Source: Candidatus Bathyarchaeota archaeon (GTDB lineage Archaea > Thermoproteota > Bathyarchaeia > Hecatellales > Hecatellaceae). From it: DNA of 64,000 nucleotides. The stretch lies in NCBI GenBank assembly GCA_052246995.1, contig JBQPWD010000004.1, forward strand, positions 32,001 to 96,000, in the 5' to 3' direction. The notes under the pieces are model-generated. The model was given only the letters and a program-made list of their open reading frames with translations, did no database searches and was not told where the DNA came from. The translations under genes and the position numbers were made by a program. The stretch's first letter is position 1. Each line of letters starts with the position of its first letter. Positions 49,959-60,100 of the stretch are shown piece by piece.

Positions 49959-50084
49959 CCCGCGGTAGCTCAGCTTGGAAGAGCTTCCGGCTGTAGGGTT
50001 CGCCTTTAAGGCGAGCCTCCTCAGCCTTCCAAGCGAACAACAGAAACCGGAGTGTCGCAGGTTCAAATCCTGCCCGCGGGACCA
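49959..50084 (+). tRNA. tRNA-Tyr(GTA) with 49-nt intron at position 37/38 (about 49997-50045), CCA encoded
   Basis: C1:G72 acceptor CCCGCGG/CCGCGGG; TCCGG-CTGTAG[intron]A-CCGGA; intron 3' ACAG pairs with CTGT as the BHB central helix. Confidence 0.93.
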
Positions 50085-50261
50085 TTCCGTTATTTTTCTT
50101 ATGAAAATTAAGTCTTTTACTTTTGGTTAATCATACCTGAAATCAGTAACTGTCTATTTTAGAAACTGCAAACCTGGTTACAGGTTATGGCTAGAAGGGT
50201 TATAATAGAGTCTAATTTTTAAGCTTAAGTAATTTAAATTAGTTCTACCTATCTTAGATTT

Positions 50262-50603
50262 ATGGAGACATTACAGCAGAAAATTTCAAAGTTTTTTCAA
50301 AATGTTTTAGAGCAAAATTTTGGTTCATCCTTTAACTCGGTTTTAAATTTTTATTTTAAGAAAAAGTATGGATGTAGTCCGTATGAGGTGCTTTGGGAGA
50401 ATCCTTATGCTTTTTACACTACATTAAAGGAAGTTTTTGGTAGTGGTGGGGAGGTTGTTGTTCGTGTAATAGCAGAAAACCTTATAAGAAAATGCTCGGT
50501 AAATCTTCCACCTGACGAAGTTATCAAATTAATAAAAAAAGGTAGAAGTAAGCAATCAAAAATTAATCTTCAGGAGATTCTGAAAGAAGTTGCAGGTGTT
50601 TGA
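50262..50603 (+). CDS. Small helical protein of the type found beside KaiC-like ATPases
   Basis: ENPYAFYTTLKEVFGSGGEVV pattern; directly upstream of a KaiC-like gene. Confidence 0.6.
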   Translation: METLQQKISKFFQNVLEQNFGSSFNSVLNFYFKKKYGCSPYEVLWENPYAFYTTLKEVFGSGGEVVVRVIAENLIRKCSVNLPPDEVIKLIKKGRSKQSKINLQEILKEVAGV

Positions 50604-50606
50604 TTA

Positions 50607-52035
50607 ATGGTTAAGGATTCGGTTTTAACAGGAATTGAGACTTTAGACAAGTTAATTGGAGGAGGTTTTGAGCCTGGTAGCCTAATACTGGTAGCTGGAA
50701 GGCCAGGTACTGGGAAAACTAGTTTTGCAACTCAATTTGTTTGTAAAGGCGTTGAGGAGGGGGAGGTTGGAGTATATGTTTCTTTTGCTGAGGACAAAAG
50801 CACCTTAATTTGTAATATGGAGAAAACTCTGGGTTATGGTTGTGAGGAGTATGTTAAAAGTGGTAAACTTAAGATTCTTGATATGATTGTAACAAGAAAG
50901 GAAAGTGTGTCAGCAATTTTAGATTTAATTTTATCGGAGGCCAGTGAGGCTAAAAGACTTGTAATAGATTCATTTTCAGCTATGGTTCAGGCTTTTAAAG
51001 ACCCAGTAGAGTCTAGAATAATACTTCATGCAATTTTAAGTAGGATGGTACGCCAATTTAGATGTACAACTCTTCTTATATGTGAAGTACCAGTTGGAGA
51101 AGAACGTATTGGTTTTGGTATAGAGGAGTTTGTAGCCGACGGGGTCATCTTGCTCAGAATGAATGAATTAGAAGGTCATATTTTTAGAGATTTAGAAATT
51201 AAAAAACTTAGGGGACGTCAACTACTGGAAAATAAAATAGTTTTAACACTCAATGGAGGAAGAATTAAAGCTTTTCAACCATTTTCACCTAAGCCTATTG
51301 AAAAACAAGCAAAATTTAACCCCATTAAAGATCCTCCTGAAAAATTCTCCACAGGAAACCCAGACTTAGACCGTTTGCTAGAGGGAGGTTATCCCAGAGG
51401 TGGTACAGTAGTTTTTGAAGTTAGTGAAAAAATCACAACCTCCCAGTACAGCCTACTAATCTCCCCCACAGCTTGGAATTTTGTGGTGAATAATAGGTGG
51501 GTCTTGATTATCCCCTCTATAGGTGTAAATTATTAATGTTGTTATGAGAGAAGCGGAAAAAGGAGGATTTACAGAGGATATGGTAAAAAATCTTTTAAGA
51601 GTTAGTAGCTTTGAATTTGTAGAAACTCGTGAAAAACCGTGTATTTTTAAGGTTAAAGGCGAGAGCATAGAGGAGGATTTGCAAAAAGTTTTAAATGAAG
51701 TATATAAAGTGATGGAAAAAACCAGTCAACCAGTATTATCAATTATAGGTGTTGACACTATTGCATCTTATTATGGGCCGGAAAAAGTACTGCGAGCTAT
51801 AAACATTGGAACACACATTGCACGGACAAACGATTCGTTAATTATGCTTATACTCAAACCAGGCTACCCTAATTTAGGTGATAACTTAAAAGCTTTAGCA
51901 GATGTTCACTTAAAGCTAGTTAGGGAACATGGAGTCCTGCTTCTTTACGGCATTAAACCTAGAAGAGGTTTACATGCAGTGGAGATGGATACATCTCAGG
52001 GTTATCCTTTAGCTAAGCTTACACCTATAACTTAA
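50607..52035 (+). pseudogene. KaiC/GvpD-like double-domain ATPase split by a 1-nt frameshift near 51534
   Basis: TGIETLD, GRPGTGKT, VIDS, KKLRG; second domain STGNPDLD. Removing T51534 joins both ORFs (GVNY-NVVMRE); C-terminus YGIKP...GYP..LTPI. Confidence 0.75.
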
Positions 52036-52046
52036 AAATAAAAAGT

Positions 52047-52382
52047 TTGAGGGGGAGAAAGGCTTTGAAAAAGTTTGTTATGCTCAGCTTAGCTATAATT
52101 TTGCTAGGTATTTTTCTTTTGGGATTTACGTTTTACCTAGCTTATTCAGCTTTTGTTAATCCTGAAATTTTAAAAAGATTTAACATTCTTATACCGAGTG
52201 TAGATGTTGATCAACCATTTCATCAATTTAATGTCTTAATTGGCTATGCTGTTGCTTTTCTCCTTTTATGGGTTATGGGTAGTGTAGCCAGTAAAATGGT
52301 AAAATATGGTGTTAGTTTTTATAGGGCTTCTTCTCCTAAAAAAAGGAAGGAAAAAGAAAAGGAGAAAAAAGAGGAGGACTAA
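52047..52382 (+). CDS. Small two-helix membrane protein
   Basis: Two hydrophobic helices and a charged tail. Confidence 0.65.
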   Translation: MRGRKALKKFVMLSLAIILLGIFLLGFTFYLAYSAFVNPEILKRFNILIPSVDVDQPFHQFNVLIGYAVAFLLLWVMGSVASKMVKYGVSFYRASSPKKRKEKEKEKKEED

Positions 52383-52948
52383 ATTAAAATGGAAAACTCT
52401 TTTTTAAGTTTTAACCAATCTTCTTCTAAAACTTTTTTCATCGAAGGCTTGTAAAGAGCTGTAGCTGGATGATAAAGTGGAACTATTTTTAGCTGGTTTA
52501 CATCAAAAATTTTTCCGCGAATTTTACCCATAGGATAAACTGGTAAACCATATTTTTTTAAGAAGAAGTTTGAGGCTACATTTCCAAGAGTGCAAACAAT
52601 TTTAGGTTGAATAAAGTTTAACTGTTTCTCAAGATAAAACATACACGCCTCAATCTCATCAGGTTTAGGTTCCCTGTTTCCAGGTGGACGACATTTTACA
52701 ACATTAGTTATATACACCATGTTTCGACTTATCCCTGCTAAAGATAACAATTTATCAAGAAATTTTCCAGCCTCACCAACAAAAGGTTTACCTTTTAAAT
52801 CCTCCCAGTATCCTGGAGCTTCACCAACAAGCATAATCCTACTTCCACTAAAACCTTCACCAAAAACAACATTTTTTCTTGTTTGACAAAGCCTACACCT
52901 AGTACAGTTTTTTACCTCCTCAATAAGTTTTAAAAATTCTTCCTCCAA
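52379..52948 (-). CDS. udg: Uracil-DNA glycosylase family 4
   Basis: CxxC, GEAPG, PFVG, NVVKCRPP, YHPA. Confidence 0.95.
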   Translation of the reverse strand: MEEEFLKLIEEVKNCTRCRLCQTRKNVVFGEGFSGSRIMLVGEAPGYWEDLKGKPFVGEAGKFLDKLLSLAGISRNMVYITNVVKCRPPGNREPKPDEIEACMFYLEKQLNFIQPKIVCTLGNVASNFFLKKYGLPVYPMGKIRGKIFDVNQLKIVPLYHPATALYKPSMKKVLEEDWLKLKKEFSILI

Positions 52949-53273
52949 CTTTCTTCAGCCTAGCCCGCTTCCCTAAAAAATTCTTAAACCGTAGATTTAA
53001 CTTTACTTACCTGTACCAGGTTTACGTTTAACATGTACCTGTAAAACTCTTACAACCAACACCAGAAACGCCTTCTCAGCGTACAATTAGAGCTTTTTGT
53101 ACACTACAACCTTTTTGAGGAATAAAAATTTTTGAAAATTTTGAAACTGTATCAAAATTAGCCCTTTAGGTAAGCCTCTAGAAAATATTAAATCTAAAAA
53201 ATTATTTCATTAATAAAACGAGGACATAAAAAGGAAAAGCGGGGCGGAAACTTAGGAAAGGGTGAGCCAGTAA

Positions 53274-55700
53274 ATGAAAGAACCAAGAATTGGAGTTTTT
53301 GTTTGCAAATGTGGTGGAAACATTTCTAACTGGGTTGATGTTAATACTGTTGCGGATGATGCAAAAAAAGAAAAAAATGTTGTTTTTACAACTGTTGAAA
53401 CCTACGTATGTTCAGCACCATCTCAACAACTGATTCAAGAAAAGATTAAAGAATACAACCTTAACAGGGTTGTTGTAGCTGCCTGTAGCCCAAAACTTCA
53501 TGAAACAACCTTTAGAAGAACTATTCAGGAGGCAGGTTTAAACCCCTACTACCTTGAACATGTAAACATTAGGGAGCAATGCTCATGGAGCCATACAAAG
53601 GATGACATAAAAGAGAATACAAAAAAAGCTGCAGACCTTGTACGTGGAGGAATTTCTAGGGCAAGGTATCTTGAACCTTTAGAAGAGGGAAGAGAAAAAG
53701 CTTATAAATCGGTCCTTATTGTTGGAGGAGGAATTGCAGGCATATCCGCAGCCTTAACCCTTGCTGAGTTAAACTACCAAGTTTACATGGTTGAAAAAGA
53801 ACCAAGCATAGGCGGCCACATGGCTATGTTTGGAAGGGTTTTCCCAACGATGGATTGTGCTCAATGTATACTTACACCAAAAATGTCTGATTGTGCAACT
53901 AACCCAAACATTAAGCTTTACACCTATTCTGAAGTTCTTGAGGTAACAGGCTCTCCTGGAAACTTTCATGTTAAAGTTTTAATGAAACCAAGATACGTTG
54001 ACCCTGAAAAATGTACGGGTTGCGGAGCATGTGCAGAAAAGTGTCCATGGTTTAAGCCCTCAGAGTTTAACCTTGGCTTAAGTATGAGAAAAGCAATTTA
54101 TATACCGTTTCCTCAAGCAGTTCCAAACATTTACCTTATAGATCCTGAAGTTTGCGCGTACATTAAAACTGGAAAATGCGGGGTATGTCAAAAAGTTTGT
54201 CCTGCAGGTGCAATAAATTTTGATGACAAAGAAAAAATTGTTGAGTTTGATGTTGGAGCAATAATTGTTGCAACAGGTTACGACCTTATAAACATTGAGG
54301 AAAAATATCCTGAAATGGGTTATGGAAGATATCCTGAGGTTGTCACAGCGTTACACGTTGAAAGATTACTCTCCTCAACAGGTCCAACTGGCGGATACTT
54401 AAGAGTCCCAGGTGACCCTAAAAAGCCTAGCGAATGGAAAGAAGCAAAAAAGATAGCATATATTTCATGTGTAGGTTCAAGAGACCCGCATAGAGGTGTA
54501 CCCTATTGTAGTAAGATTTGCTGTATGTATACGCTTAAACAAGCAAAATTGATTAAGGAGCTTTTCCAAGATGTTGATGTTTGGTACTATTACATTGACA
54601 TTAGAGCTGCTGGAAGAGGGTACGAAGAGTTTTATGAAGAGGTGCAGAAGGCTGGGTTAAATCTTGTTAGAGGAAGAGGTGCAGAAGTTTACAAAGACAT
54701 GAGTAGTGGAAGGTTAATTGTTAGAGCGGAAAATACTTTTCTTGGAGAAGTTTTTGAAAACGATTTTGACATGGTTGTTCTATGTCCAGCGCTTATTCCT
54801 GGTAAATGGTTAGATATTGTTGTTCAAAAGTTAAAGCTTCCTACAAGTGTAGATGGCTTTGTGACCGAGAAACATCCAAAACTTGACCCTGTAAGCGCGT
54901 TAAAGGAAGGTGTGTATGCTTGTGGTTGTGCACTTGCACCAAAAGATATTAGAGAAAGCGTCTCTGAAGCGTGGGCTGCTGCAGCAAGAGTTGATGCATT
55001 TCTTGGTACTGGAGAGGTAAGAATAAAACCTGAAAAGGTTCAAGTAAACTTAGATTTGTGTAATGGTTGTGGTAAATGTGTTGAGATATGTCCGATTAAA
55101 GCAATAAAACTTGAAAATAGTAAAGCTGTAGTGGACGTTTATGCTTGTAATGGTTGTGGTGCATGTATCCCAGAATGTGAAGTTGGGGCATTAGACTTAA
55201 AACATTCAACAGAAAAACAGCTATATGCGCAAATTTATGGAGTTTTAAAGGAAAAAACAGATAAACCAGTAATTTTGGCCTTTCTGGATGATAGAACAGC
55301 CTATACAACAGCAGACTTACTAGGTTCTACAAGAGACTCCTATCCAACATCAATCCGAGTTATTCGGGTGCCATCTTCTGCAAGAGTTGGCTTAAAACAC
55401 ATTCTTTACGCTTTTGCTCATGGTGCAGACGGTGTACTTATGATTGATGGCGGTGAGGGTTCAGACTCTTACCCTGAGGTTGCAAAAATAACAGAAAAAA
55501 GACAACGTGGATATAAGGAGGATATAAGAAAATACGGGGTTGAGCCTTTACGTTTACGTTCTAGCAACGTATTTATTTCAGCTCCAAGATTTTTAGGCGA
55601 GGTCTTCAGGGTTTTTGCGAGCACAATAGAGCAAAAAGGGAAGCTTTCTGACCAAGTAAGGGAGAAAATTAAGGCAGAACTTAGGATAGAAGCAGTTTAA
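53274..55700 (+). CDS. hdrA: Heterodisulfide reductase subunit A-like flavoprotein fused to an MvhD-like domain
   Basis: CKCGGNI, AACSP, REQC, GGGIAG, PTMDC..CIL, CVGSRD, CSKICCMY, two ferredoxin domains; C-terminal AD..G....YP..IR.IRV...AF..GADGV. Confidence 0.92.
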   Translation: MKEPRIGVFVCKCGGNISNWVDVNTVADDAKKEKNVVFTTVETYVCSAPSQQLIQEKIKEYNLNRVVVAACSPKLHETTFRRTIQEAGLNPYYLEHVNIREQCSWSHTKDDIKENTKKAADLVRGGISRARYLEPLEEGREKAYKSVLIVGGGIAGISAALTLAELNYQVYMVEKEPSIGGHMAMFGRVFPTMDCAQCILTPKMSDCATNPNIKLYTYSEVLEVTGSPGNFHVKVLMKPRYVDPEKCTGCGACAEKCPWFKPSEFNLGLSMRKAIYIPFPQAVPNIYLIDPEVCAYIKTGKCGVCQKVCPAGAINFDDKEKIVEFDVGAIIVATGYDLINIEEKYPEMGYGRYPEVVTALHVERLLSSTGPTGGYLRVPGDPKKPSEWKEAKKIAYISCVGSRDPHRGVPYCSKICCMYTLKQAKLIKELFQDVDVWYYYIDIRAAGRGYEEFYEEVQKAGLNLVRGRGAEVYKDMSSGRLIVRAENTFLGEVFENDFDMVVLCPALIPGKWLDIVVQKLKLPTSVDGFVTEKHPKLDPVSALKEGVYACGCALAPKDIRESVSEAWAAAARVDAFLGTGEVRIKPEKVQVNLDLCNGCGKCVEICPIKAIKLENSKAVVDVYACNGCGACIPECEVGALDLKHSTEKQLYAQIYGVLKEKTDKPVILAFLDDRTAYTTADLLGSTRDSYPTSIRVIRVPSSARVGLKHILYAFAHGADGVLMIDGGEGSDSYPEVAKITEKRQRGYKEDIRKYGVEPLRLRSSNVFISAPRFLGEVFRVFASTIEQKGKLSDQVREKIKAELRIEAV

Positions 55701-55868
55701 AGAATAAACTCTTATTTTTTAAATTTCAACCTTTTAATTAAAAACCCAAACCTATTAACGTCACTATGTTAGGATAAAAGATATTTTGTAGATTTTACTT
55801 AAGAAAATAATACTTTAAAAAACGTTACCAAAAACTTAAAAGCTGGAGAAGGGCTGTATAGCTTAAAC

Positions 55869-57020
55869 ATGTTTAACTTTTCTAAGGTTAATTTTTGCAA
55901 AGTATGCGGTAAAGGTAGGGTTGCAGAAATTTTAGGAGTATGCGTCAATTGCATCAGAAACAGGTTTGAAGATTCTTTACCACACATTTTAGAGGCGTGT
56001 AGGAAAAGTAGAGAAAGATACGGGTTACCTGTTAAACCACCAAAAACTGCTGGAGGAATACCATGTAACCTATGCTCAAACGAGTGTATTATTGGTGTAG
56101 GCGAAAAAGGTTTTTGCGGTATTAGGGAGAATGTTGACGGAAAACTTAAAACTCTTGCAAAACCAGATAAGGCATTACTCTACGTGTATCCAGATAAACA
56201 TCCAACAAATTGCTGTGCATCATGGTTTTGCCCTGCAGGTACTGGCTTAGGCTACCCGAAGTATGCCTACAAGGATGGTGTTGAACTTGGCTACTATAAT
56301 CTTGCAGTTTTCTTTTATGGTTGCAATTTTAACTGCCTTTTCTGTCAGAATTCGAGCCATAAAAATTTTATGGAGGGATTTACTGTTTCTGTTGATAATT
56401 TTGTTGAAAGGGTTTTAAGAAATCCACATTATAGCTGTATATGCTATTTTGGAGGTTCACCAGAGCCTCAACTACCTTTTGCTATTAAAGCATCAAAAAA
56501 GGTTTTAGAAGCTATTGGTGGTAAACGTATAATAAGGATATGTTTTGAGTGGAATGGTTGTGGAAACCCAAAACTTGTTCGTGAGGCTGCAGAGTTAGCT
56601 TTTATAAGTGGTGGAAATTTAAAGTTTGATCTTAAAACCTACAACGTAAATTTAAGCCTAGCTTTAAGCGGAGTTTCAAATGACAGAGCCTACAAAAATT
56701 TTGAGATGGTTGCAAAAGATTTTTACGAGAAACGTAAAGATGTACCCATACTTACAGCAACAACTTTACTTGTTCCATGGTACGTTGACCATGTTGAGGT
56801 TGAAAATATTGCAAAATTTATAGCTGAAATTAACCCTGAAATTCCATATTCCTTACTGGTTTTTCACCCTGAATTTATGATGAATGATTTGCCTATAACA
56901 CCTCCAGAGCAAGTTAAAAAGTGTTATGAGGCTGCAAAAAAGTACCTAAAAAATGTACATATTGGAAATCTTCATCTACTGGGGATTTATGATTCATTAT
57001 ACAGGCATGTACAAATCTAG
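55869..57020 (+). CDS. Radical SAM protein (PFL-activase/AmmeMemoRadiSAM-like)
   Basis: GCNFNCLFCQN, N-terminal Cys clusters, FGGSPEP, KFDLK, FHP. Confidence 0.85.
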   Translation: MFNFSKVNFCKVCGKGRVAEILGVCVNCIRNRFEDSLPHILEACRKSRERYGLPVKPPKTAGGIPCNLCSNECIIGVGEKGFCGIRENVDGKLKTLAKPDKALLYVYPDKHPTNCCASWFCPAGTGLGYPKYAYKDGVELGYYNLAVFFYGCNFNCLFCQNSSHKNFMEGFTVSVDNFVERVLRNPHYSCICYFGGSPEPQLPFAIKASKKVLEAIGGKRIIRICFEWNGCGNPKLVREAAELAFISGGNLKFDLKTYNVNLSLALSGVSNDRAYKNFEMVAKDFYEKRKDVPILTATTLLVPWYVDHVEVENIAKFIAEINPEIPYSLLVFHPEFMMNDLPITPPEQVKKCYEAAKKYLKNVHIGNLHLLGIYDSLYRHVQI

Positions 57021-57034
57021 TTGGGGAAAGTAAG

Positions 57035-57634
57035 ATGGAGGAAAAACGTTATCCTACGGGGTTTTTATCTTTAAAGGTTATTCTTACTTTTATTACCTTA
57101 TGTTTCAGTTTTTCAGTTTTGTTAGGGTACCTTTATGGTGAAGAGGTTGCAAAGATTTTAGAGGAAGTTTTAAAGGAGATTTTTGGTGGAAAAGGCCCTG
57201 ATAAAATAAACCCTTTCTTTCTTATGTTTCTCATACTTGTGAATAATGCCTTTAAATGTTTGCTAGTAATACCTTTAGGTGTTCTTTTGGTAGTTCCACC
57301 GGTAGTGTTTATAATGTTTAACGGTTTTCTTCTTGGAGCCCTTACATGCCTATCAGTTGAGAAGCTTGGGGAGGCAGGATTCTTCTACATTCTTGTAGCA
57401 ATTACTCCCCACGGAATTTTTGAGATTCCGGCAGTATTCTTAAGTTCAGCTTTAAGTGTTAGGGTTGGTTTAACTGCTCTTCTAAAACTTAAAGGAGAAA
57501 ATGTTTCTATTGGAAGTGAGCTTAAAAAAGATTTGAAGGTATATCTTTATAAGATTTTACCGTTACTTGCTGTAGCAGCAGTTGTTGAGGCATTTATCAC
57601 ACCAGTTATAATCTCAACATTCTTTTCAACCTGA
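57035..57634 (+). CDS. SpoIIM/DUF95 family membrane protein
   Basis: ILVNN, NG..LG, PHGIFEIPA, AAVVEAFITP. Confidence 0.88.
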   Translation: MEEKRYPTGFLSLKVILTFITLCFSFSVLLGYLYGEEVAKILEEVLKEIFGGKGPDKINPFFLMFLILVNNAFKCLLVIPLGVLLVVPPVVFIMFNGFLLGALTCLSVEKLGEAGFFYILVAITPHGIFEIPAVFLSSALSVRVGLTALLKLKGENVSIGSELKKDLKVYLYKILPLLAVAAVVEAFITPVIISTFFST

Positions 57635-57653
57635 AAATTTAAGTTTTTTACTC

Positions 57654-58259
57654 TCACGATGAAAAGTTTTGTTTTTTGGTGATATCAAAAGAAACCCTAT
57701 CTTCCTGTTTAATGTGGTAGTGAACCATTACCATAAGCCAAACTGTTATAAAAAGTAAAACTTCAACCTCCAATGCACCTACGGAGGGCCATGGAATGGT
57801 TAAAGACAGGATTATACTTAGCAGGGTTAACACTAATCCTGATAATCCATGTTTTTTAAACCCAGATGTTAACAGTGAGAGACTTACAACTAAACATGCA
57901 ATCAAAATTAAAACAAAAAATTCAACTGAAACAAGCAAGTGTGGGTAAGTACCTTCAGGATAGAATCCTATAAGGAAAAGGTTGGCTGAAGCTAGGGTTA
58001 GGAAAACCCCGCCAACACAACCAAGCCTGTTAAGAGTTTTAATGAGATACAAACTGTAAAGAAAAGCCAAGATTGAGGATAACATAAGCCCAAAATTGAA
58101 AATGTAGTTATCAGGCACGTTTAGTGCTCCTAAATCGCTTAAAGCATTTTTATCAAGCGAGAACCAGGGATGCAGGAAAACTGATAAGAGTATTGTAACC
58201 CAACCTATAACAATGGCAGCTACACCGGAAAATCTCAGTAAACTCCAAATCTGAACCAT
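57654..58259 (-). CDS. DUF998 family membrane protein
   Basis: PWFS..NALSDLG, FNFGL, IGFYPE..PH. Confidence 0.82.
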   Translation of the reverse strand: MVQIWSLLRFSGVAAIVIGWVTILLSVFLHPWFSLDKNALSDLGALNVPDNYIFNFGLMLSSILAFLYSLYLIKTLNRLGCVGGVFLTLASANLFLIGFYPEGTYPHLLVSVEFFVLILIACLVVSLSLLTSGFKKHGLSGLVLTLLSIILSLTIPWPSVGALEVEVLLFITVWLMVMVHYHIKQEDRVSFDITKKQNFSS

Positions 58260-58481
58260 AAAACCACATCCAAATACTGTTAAAGTATTTAGTTAACAAT
58301 ACCATTATAGATGTCACAGTAAATTAAATGTTTACAAAACCGCTGACAACAGACTTATAAAGCTAAAGCCTAACTACCTAAGTTTACCCGTACAAACTAA
58401 AGCTTTTAATCTTACATTAGGTAAACTCTAAGGATAGAAAAACATAGTTATAACCTAGAGGATAAATAAAGAATATTTAAA

Positions 58482-58556
58482 GGGCCCGTGGCGCAGCATG
58501 GATAGCGCATCGGCCTTCTAAGCCGGGGGTCGCGGGTTCAAATCCCGCCGGGCCCG
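58482..58556 (+). tRNA. tRNA-Arg(TCT)
   Basis: GGGCCCG/CGGGCCC acceptor, TCGGC-CTTCTAA-GCCGG, GCGGG-TTCAAAT-CCCGC. Confidence 0.97.
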
Positions 58557-58635
58557 CTTATTTTTTAAGTGAAACCTTAAAAATAAGAGCATTAGAAACC
58601 TTTAGTTTTATAAATGACTGGGAAGTATAAAGTTA

Positions 58636-58995
58636 TTGGTGAACCATTTGATAATAGAGTTAATAAATATTGTGGCTGGGCTTATTCTTGCGATGGGAAT
58701 TCTGCCAAACATACCAGCCGTGGGCAAAAGCTTGGAAAAGGTTGCTAAATGGCTTGGAAGATTTCAGACGATTATTGGCATTATAGCCATAATATTTGGG
58801 ATTTGGTATTTTGGGTTGCAAGGAATAGTTGCAATTATAGCTGGGCTGATACTGATTTTGGGTCTTTTGCCGAGCATACCTGCAATAGGCAAAGACCTGG
58901 CCAAAGTTGTTAAGTGGCTTGGCAGCTTCCAAACAATAATTGGTATAATCGCCATAATACTTGGAATACTCGGAATAATTGGAATACTCGTCTAA
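58636..58995 (+). CDS. Small membrane protein built from two ~52-aa repeats
   Basis: AGLIL..G.LP.IPA.GK.L.KV.KWLG.FQTIIGIIAII.GI occurs twice. Confidence 0.75.
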   Translation: MVNHLIIELINIVAGLILAMGILPNIPAVGKSLEKVAKWLGRFQTIIGIIAIIFGIWYFGLQGIVAIIAGLILILGLLPSIPAIGKDLAKVVKWLGSFQTIIGIIAIILGILGIIGILV

Positions 58996-59131
58996 ACATC
59001 CAATTTTTATTTTTTCCGTAAATCACCAAACCCTAAGGATTTTGACTTTTATAGGTTAAACCGCCAATTAACAGAACCAAGTTAAAATAATAAACAATGA
59101 ACTTATCCAAAATGACTTACAACACTAGTCT

Positions 59132-59482
59132 TTGGTTAAGGAAATTTTTATCTCGCACCATTCTTTTTGCTCCACATACTGCTTAAATGATTTTGGACAA
59201 TTATTATTTATGATGAAGAAAGCATTTGTATGGGATCCTGTAATGAGATCCTCGGCGATGAAGTACGATCCTTGTGTAGTGTTTGATGGAAATATATGCA
59301 AAATAAAATGTGAAGATTGTAAGATTACTCTAATTGCTGATAGATTTTTGGGTGAAGAATTCCAGCGAGAAATACTTGGTTTGAAGGTTGTTCATGGAAT
59401 AAATCCAACTTACAATAGAGATAAATTGACAAAATTAAGATGCTTGTTGGGTATTAAGGCAATCCAATTTTACTATGACTAA
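59132..59482 (+). CDS. Hypothetical protein (start uncertain)
   Basis: Unopposed ORF with several Cys, followed by a T-rich tract. Confidence 0.35.
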   Translation: MVKEIFISHHSFCSTYCLNDFGQLLFMMKKAFVWDPVMRSSAMKYDPCVVFDGNICKIKCEDCKITLIADRFLGEEFQREILGLKVVHGINPTYNRDKLTKLRCLLGIKAIQFYYD

Positions 59483-59626
59483 ATTTTGATTTTTTCTGTT
59501 TTATTCATTTGTTGTAAACAATTTTTCTAACCCCTTTCTTTAACTAATTGCTTGAATTTTTTTAATGTTTGGATACCTACCAGCTATTCTACTTCTTCTA
59601 CTGTTAAAATTTTCCCTTGCAGTTTC

Positions 59627-60052
59627 TCATAATTTTTCCTTTGGCTTTATCGCGTATTTTTCTTCAGCTATTTTTTCCAGCTTTCTTACCTCAGTTCTTC
59701 TAAACCCTACATAGACTCCACCGATTTTTCCTCCAACCCATGTTCTTGTTTTTTCTCCTGATTTTAGCACTTTAGTTAAAGTTTGTGATTTAACCTTAAC
59801 CTTCAACCCGCCATTCATGTGAATCTCTAAGCCATCAGCAACTCCAACAATATTCAAAAATTTTCCTCCACCTTGAGGTAAAAGCCTACCTAAAGCTTCA
59901 TTTTCAATGTCTAAATGGGTTACCCTAGCTAAAGCATAACCCTTAACGTGAATGTAAATTAAGGCATTATCAAGATTTAACACCCTACCATCAGGGTAGG
60001 CTAGTAACACTTCACCAGGTATGTTAATTTTACCGTAAGCTGGGCCTGTCAA
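59627..60052 (-). CDS. Hypothetical protein
   Basis: 141-aa ORF downstream of the ADH gene with host-like codon usage. Confidence 0.6.
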   Translation of the reverse strand: MTGPAYGKINIPGEVLLAYPDGRVLNLDNALIYIHVKGYALARVTHLDIENEALGRLLPQGGGKFLNIVGVADGLEIHMNGGLKVKVKSQTLTKVLKSGEKTRTWVGGKIGGVYVGFRRTEVRKLEKIAEEKYAIKPKEKL

Positions 60053-60100
60053 AAAAATGCACCAAAAAATTGAGTTGTTAGGGTTTATTAACGCTTTATT

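Noticed and set aside
36303-55700. Methanogenesis inferred from cofGH and hdrA
   Set aside because: Both occur widely in non-methanogenic archaea, and no mcr or mtr genes are in the window.
58557-59600. Island downstream of tRNA-Arg
   Set aside because: Only small hypothetical genes; no att repeat or mobility gene visible.
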